A DNA stretch of 64,000 nt from Macrostomum lignano (lineage: Eukaryota), in NCBI GenBank assembly GCA_002269645.1, contig NIVC01000106.1:124001-188000 (forward strand), given 5' to 3'. Under the pieces are notes generated by a model. It made no database searches and was not told where the DNA came from. It saw only the letters and a list, made by a program, of their open reading frames with translations. The position numbers were made by a program, and so were the translations under genes. The number at the start of each line of letters is the position of its first letter. The stretch's first letter is position 1. This document shows, in pieces, positions 58,568-64,000 of this stretch.

Positions 58568-59365
58568 GCAGGTGAGATAAGGATGGCTAATTAGTTAATG
58601 ACTCCAGGCAGGTGAGATAAGAATGGCTAATTAATTAATGACTCCAAGCAGGTGAGATAAGGAGGACTAGATATTGACTTCAGGCAGGTGAGATAAGAAT
58701 AACTAAGTAATTAATGACTCCAGGCAGGTGAGATACGGATAGCTAATTATTCTTGACTCCAGGCAGGTGAGATAAGAATGGCTAATTAATTAATGACTCC
58801 AAGCAGGTGAGATAAAGAGGACTAGTTATTGACTTCAGGCAGGTGAGATAAGAATAACTAAGTAATTAATGACTCCAGGCAGGTGAGATACGGATAGCTA
58901 ATTATTCTTGACTCCAGGCAGGTGAGATAAGAATGGCTAATTAATTAATGACTCCAAGCAGGTGAGATAAAGAGGACTAGTTATTGACTTCAGGCAGGTG
59001 AGATAAGAATAACTAAGTAATTAATGACTCCAGGCAGGTGAGATACGGATAGCTAATTATTCTTGACTCCAGGCAGGTGAGATAAGAATGGCTAATTAAT
59101 TAATGACTCCAAGCAGGTGAGATAAGGAGGACTAGTTATTGACTTCAGGCAGGTGAGATAAGAATAACTAAGTAATTAATGACTCCAGGCAGGTGAGATA
59201 CGGATAGCTAATTATTCTTGACTCCAGGCAGGTGAGATAAGGAGGACTAGTTATTGACTTCAGGCAGGTGAGATAAGAATAACTAAGTAATTAATGACTC
59301 CAGGCAGGTGAGATACAGATAGCTAATTATTCTTGACTCCAGGCAGGTGAGATAAGAATGGCTAG
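58568..59365 (+). repeat. Higher-order repeat: 21 monomers of 36-40 bp, each with CAGGTGAGAT, arranged A'(ABCD)4(BCD)
   Basis: Four monomer types recur with a 155-bp period between MRPS25 and the MED28-like gene. Confidence 0.95.
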
Positions 59366-59388
59366 CTAAGAATGAATACTTCTTTTGC

Positions 59389-61443
59389 ATGTCTGAAGCG
59401 TCCGCAGCCCACGATCAGGTGGCCGCGGCGGAGGCAGCTGCCACGGCTGCCGCAGTCGCCGCTGAAACTGCAGCCGCAGCGGCCGCCGAGGAGCGGCCTC
59501 TGGCCGAGTTTGAGCACTCGGTTAGCCGCCTATTAGAACTATTAACCAGCGTTGAGTCGTTAATTGAGCAGGGCGCCGAGCTGCCGGAGTGCCGGAACAC
59601 GGCCGAGAGCATGTGCGGCCAGGCGGCCGAGTCTGCCAAGCAGTTGGACGCCTGGTTCAGACAGCGGCGGTTCGTGTTCTTGCAGAATGCTCGCAGGTAA
59701 TTGCCGGGGGGGAGGCGTAATATTGGGGGATGGAGCCAAGAGTAGTCTCTCCAGTCTAATATTTCTGTGCATACTTTAACATAGGTGAAACATAGGCGAT
59801 TCACGGCCATGCTGGCCAAGAGCCAGAGAATGTAAATGCCTGACGATTACAGAGTCAAGGGCTGCTGTACACCCTGAAGTCAGACATGTTCATCAGTGCA
59901 GCCACCGTATGCTAGATTAATAAGGTCTTACTATTAGTAGAATGTTAAGTATATTAGACTAGCCATCTTCGCCCCTCGTTTGGGAGGCAACAAAGAAAGT
60001 AATTATTTTTGTTAAATAAGCCACATGTAGCTTTTAACCTTGTGCAATCACTATCGTTAGTTTATTAAGGAAAATGACTTTTAAAGCCAAAAGCTATCAG
60101 CACCCATTTGAATTTCGACATCAAAGCCTCTTTTTAGGCCATGGCTAAACCCCTAACTCTTGGGGGTTAAGTACACTCCCATTGATGCTTGGCCTACCAG
60201 CAGCTCCCTATAGAGCCACAGCACCTCAGCAACCTCCCTGTCACAGCATCTCAGCAACACCCCCCTCATGAGCCACAGCATCTCAGCAACACCCGATGAG
60301 CCACAGCATCTCAGCAACACCTCATGAACCACAGCATCTCAGCAACACCCGATGAGCCACAGAATCCCAGGAACCCCCATAAGCCACAGCATCTCAGCAA
60401 CACCCCATGAGCCACAGAATCCCAGGAACCCCCATAAGCCACAGCATCTCAGCAACACCCCATGAGCCACAGAATCCCAGGAACCCCCATAAGCCACAGC
60501 ATCTCAGCAACACCCCATGAGCCACAGAATCCCAGGAACCCCCATAAGCCACAGCATCTCAGCAACACCCCATGAGCCACAGAATCCCAGGAACCCCCAT
60601 AAGCCACAGCATCTCAGGAACACCCCCCCTCATGAGCCACAGCATCTCAGCAACACCCCATGAGCCACAGCATCTCAGCAACACCCCATGAGCCACAGCA
60701 TCTCAGCAACACCCCATGAGCCACAGCATCTCAGCAACACCCCATGAGCCACAGCATCTCAGCAACAACCCATGAGCCACAGCATCTCAGCAACCCCCCA
60801 TGAGCCACAGCATCTTAGGAACCCCCATGAGCCACAGCATCTCAGCAACACCCCATGAGCCACAGCATCTCAGCAACCCCCCATGAGCCACAGCATCTTA
60901 GGAACCCCCATAAGCCACAGCATCTCAGCAACACCCCATGAGCCACAGCATCTCAGCAACACCCCATGAGCCACAGCATCTCAGCAACACCCCATGAGCC
61001 ACAGCATCTCAGCAACAACCCATGAGCCACAGCATCTCAGCAACCCCCCATGAGCCACAGCATCTTAGGAACCCCCATGAGCCACAGCATCTCAGCAACA
61101 CCCCATGAGCCACAGCATCTCAGCAACACCCCATGAGCCACAGCATCTCAGCAACAACCCATGAGCCACAGCATATTTCTTTTGTCAAAAAGTCCATAAG
61201 CAAAAGTGCATGCCAACCCCTCCCCCATTTTGACTTGATGTCGCTTGCAGTAGCGGAGTATCCAGTGGCCTCACGGACGAACGCTTGGCCAGCCTTCGAG
61301 AGGAGGCCGCTCGCAAAAAGGAGCTGATTCGGTCAACTGAGCGACAGCTGCGCGAGGCTCGGGGCCAGCTGACCTCGCTGGTTGATCGACGTCGCCAGCG
61401 TCGGGATGGCGAGACGCCGAGCCTGTCCTACGCTTTGCACTGA
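59389..61443 (+). CDS. MED28: Probable Mediator subunit 28, 2 exons (59389-59696, 61251-61443), 166 aa
   Basis: LAEFEHSVSRLLELL...AKQLDAWFRQRR...LASLREEAARKKELI...SLSY follows the helical pattern I recall for MED28. The intron is phase-consistent. Assigned by eye; the start codon is uncertain. Confidence 0.55.
60215..61175. repeat. 28-bp minisatellite (GAGCCACAGCATCTCAGCAACACCCCAT)n
   Basis: Fills most of the MED28-like intron. Confidence 0.95.
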
Positions 61444-61852
61444 CTTGCCATTGTGTACTAGTGAATTTTCATCAATGTAATAGTTTGGACCTTTGCTTGT
61501 CTTCTTTTATGTAATTTATGAACCGGATGACCATTAAAATTAGCATGATTATTAGGTAGCAGCGAAAGTTTTAAAATATTTATGCTACTCATTCAAGTAG
61601 TATAAATAAACAAAACTACTTTGCTGAATTTTTTGTTGCATTTTTAATGCTTTCATTTTTTAACTCTTGTATTCGACATAAATATAAGACATAAGTTACA
61701 TGTGCGCGTGTATTTGTCCTTTCTAACTTATTATAATCGAGCGTATATTACATTTACGAATATTAAGCTCATTTTTTGAGTAGTTTAACTATAGACTAAA
61801 AAAACTACATTAACACAAGCTGCTAAATATTAGGTGATATATGAAAGTTGAT

Positions 61853-62052
61853 TTATACAAAAGAATCTTGTAGCAGTCCTGTGGACACCGAAGGTAGCAG
61901 CAGCTTCCGTCCGCCGCTGGTCTCGGACTCGTCGCGCAGAATTCCGCCAACTTGTTCGTTCAATTCCGATTGCGAGCTGGGCTGTAGCAGGGTGCAGCGA
62001 TGCTTCTCCAGCATTACCAATCGTTGAAGTAATCTGACTTGCTGATTAACAC
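61853..62052 (-). CDS. Probable terminal exon of an unidentified minus-strand gene extending beyond the window
   Basis: Acceptor ttacacacag|GT, then 66 codons including the stop (VNQQVRLLQRLVMLEKHRC...DSFV*). GC-rich island in AT-rich DNA. Confidence 0.5.
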
Positions 62053-62225
62053 CTGTGTGTAAATTAGATGGGAATTCAGGATGATTTCATCAGATTGCTC
62101 AAATTTGACAAAATAACGGAAGTCATGGAAATACTACATGTAGGAATCCCCTGAAAATTAGAAAATTACTAGCAATATGCACCCCCCCCCTTGGGAGACA
62201 ACAAAGGAACCTACCTACCCACATA

Positions 62226-63052
62226 CACTCAGCAACATTTAAAACGCAACACTCTAACTAGAAGAAAAATCAACTCACTCAGAAGAGTCAAAGCGCATAG
62301 TCTATGGTTCAAATCGAGCTTCAGAAACGCGTGTAGCTTCCTCTCGCAAGTAACAGGGCGATGACTATGGACTGTTTTCAGATAGAGTGATCCAGCTGAG
62401 AGAATGGTTCAACAGATGACAGACTTCGCGTCTGGCGTGAGCCACGGCAAGAGCTTCTGCAGCAGCACGTGCAAAGCTGCGATGGGCAGGGACCCTCCGT
62501 ACACGTGTGGGCAGGGATTTCAATGCGAGGCAGGACCCAGCTGGTTTTCTTAGACGCAAACGTGAACGGCGATGAGTACGCTCGTTTGCTGCAGACGCAT
62601 CTGCTCCCTTTTGTTAACAACCACTTTGGTGGCGTCGCAAACTGCATACTGCAGGACGATAATGCACCGGCGCACCGGGCAGCAGCTGTCAGCGAACTCA
62701 AGGACCAGCTGCACCTGCGTACTCTTCGGTGGCCTTCAAGATCCCCTGATATGAACCCAATTGAACATGTCTGGGACTTTATCAAGCGGAGTGTTCAACG
62801 GCAGAATCCGCCGCAGACTGCAGTCGCTGAACTGCGAAACGCTGTTGCTAACGCGTGGCAGGAAATTCCCCAGGACTTTTTTCGACGCCTTGTTCTGGGA
62901 ATGCCACGTCGAGTCAACGCCCTGTTACTTGCGAGAGGAGGCTACACGCGTTTCTGAAGCTCGATTTGAACCATAGACTATGCGCTTTGACTCTTCTGAG
63001 TGAGTTGATTTTTCTTCTAGTTAGAGTGTTGCGTTTTAAATGTTGCTGAGTG
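62226..63052 (+). mobile_element. Tc1-family (DD34E) deletion derivative, 827 bp, TA TSD, 135-bp inverted ends
   Basis: TA|CACTCAGC...GCTGAGTG|TA; inverted arms 62226-62360 and 62918-63052 differ at one base. Confidence 0.93.
62400..62957 (+). pseudogene. Truncated Tc1 transposase (catalytic domain only)
   Basis: VHVWAGIS, ILQDDNAPAH and WPSRSPDMNPIEHVW, with D-E spacing of 34. The first-D region (FSDE) is frameshifted with stops and there is no N-terminal DNA-binding domain. Confidence 0.9.
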
Positions 63053-63344
63053 TATATACATACAGACAACTCATTTTTAGTATATGGACTAGCAATCTGC
63101 GCCCCTCCTTGGGAGACAACAAAGGAACCTACCTACCCACATACATACGCTCGTACATTCAGGCAACTTATTTTTAGTATATGGACTAGCAATCTGCGCC
63201 CCCCCTGGGAGACAACAAAGGAACCTACCTACCCACATACATCATACCGACAACTCACAGACAACGATTATTAAATTTTTTGAATAATCAACTACCTGTA
63301 CGTTTTCATCTTGTACAGACGTCACTATTGTTTATCTCTTAAAG

Positions 63345-63631
63345 CACGGGTCGGCAAACTTTTTTACCTTAAGGGCCAGATAAAGAATCCAGATCATTGC
63401 TGCGGGCCAGATGAGAAAGGAAGAATAGAGGAGGGAGTTAAGAGGCGAGATGAGAGAAGAGATGAGATAGAAGATAATAGAAATACATGTAAGAGAGCAG
63501 AGGAGAGTAGAAACGGGAGAGGACAGATGAGAAGACAAAAACCTTGAGCGGGCTGGATTGCTATTGTGAAGTTTCAAAAGACCCGAGGACCGGATAGAGA
63601 GGCTTTGCGGGCCGTAGTTTGCCGACCCATG
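63345..63631. mobile_element. hAT (Charlie-like) MITE, 287 bp
   Basis: TIR CA(C/T)GGGTCGGCAAACT (15/16); GCGGGCC/GGGCCAG subterminal motifs; degenerate 8-bp TSD TCTTAAAG/TCTTAGAA. Confidence 0.8.
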
Positions 63632-64000
63632 TCTTAGAAAAAGTATGGTAAACGCAAAAAGCATGCAACCTTAAAGCCAGTTATCTATAATAGCCTTATA
63701 AAAGTCCTGTGGACACCGGGTCCTTTGAAATATATTGAAATTTGAAATATACCTCTTAGTGCATTCAAAAAGTTCTTAGACACCCCTCATATCTCTGCAT
63801 CTGTGTCGACCGATTTTGATGAGAATTTATACAAACATGGGTCTATATTTTGATGAATTCAGTGCTAGAGTTTCAGCTTGGTCGTATAGACAGAACGAAA
63901 GCAATCGATCATTTACTGACGAACCTACGAAATTAGCAATACGATTTTAAGCACATAACAAAACGTACAAGCAAAAGGGCAAACGGTTCAAGTTGGCAAG

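Larger units (their letters stand above)
62170..63240. repeat. ~100-bp local repeat (CTAGCAAT...CCCTTGGGAGACAACAAAGGAACCTACCTACCCACATAC), 3 copies, first copy interrupted by the Tc1 element
   Basis: Copies near 62170, 63088 and 63187. Confidence 0.85.

Noticed and set aside
58568-59365. CRISPR-like look (constant motif with variable spacers)
   Set aside because: Eukaryotic context, no cas genes, and the spacers are four recurring related variants rather than unique sequences.
59378-59391. TTTTGCATG at the MED28-like start resembles the 3' end of flatworm spliced leaders
   Set aside because: Only about 7 nt match, and I cannot verify the leader sequence. No downstream GT or Sm-site structure of an SL RNA gene is present.

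Overview
Animal (metazoan) genomic DNA with spliceosomal introns. The GC-rich exons, polyQ/polyA tracts and minisatellite-filled introns suggest a flatworm such as Macrostomum, but that is inference. Hand-built gene models: 3' end of an unidentified Pro/Gln-rich gene (1-456, +); intronless ER thioredoxin/PDI-fold protein ending REEL (8465-11370, -, one frameshift); 13-exon EML/EMAP-family gene (15574-29146, +, with a micro-exon chain and four 1-nt G-run frameshifts); single-exon PAR-family bZIP factor (31473-32597, -); 13-exon virilizer/VIRMA (34708-54349, -); MRPS25 (57210-58269, +); probable MED28 (59389-61443, +); and an orphan terminal exon (61853-62052, -). About 35 tandem arrays occupy introns and intergenic DNA. 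Several non-autonomous DNA transposons are present (two hAT MITEs, a Harbinger-like MITE, a CACTA-like element, a Tc1 derivative). Strongest leads: a higher-order repeat whose 21 units each look like a 32-37 nt micro-intron; an exact 17-mer repeated four times at virilizer exon boundaries; an array of perfect heat-shock elements in EML intron 1; ATF4-like uORFs plus self-type binding sites at the bZIP gene; and a Tc1 element whose left end is an inverted copy of its transposase 3' end. Most ORF-track entries are translations of repeats and are not genes.
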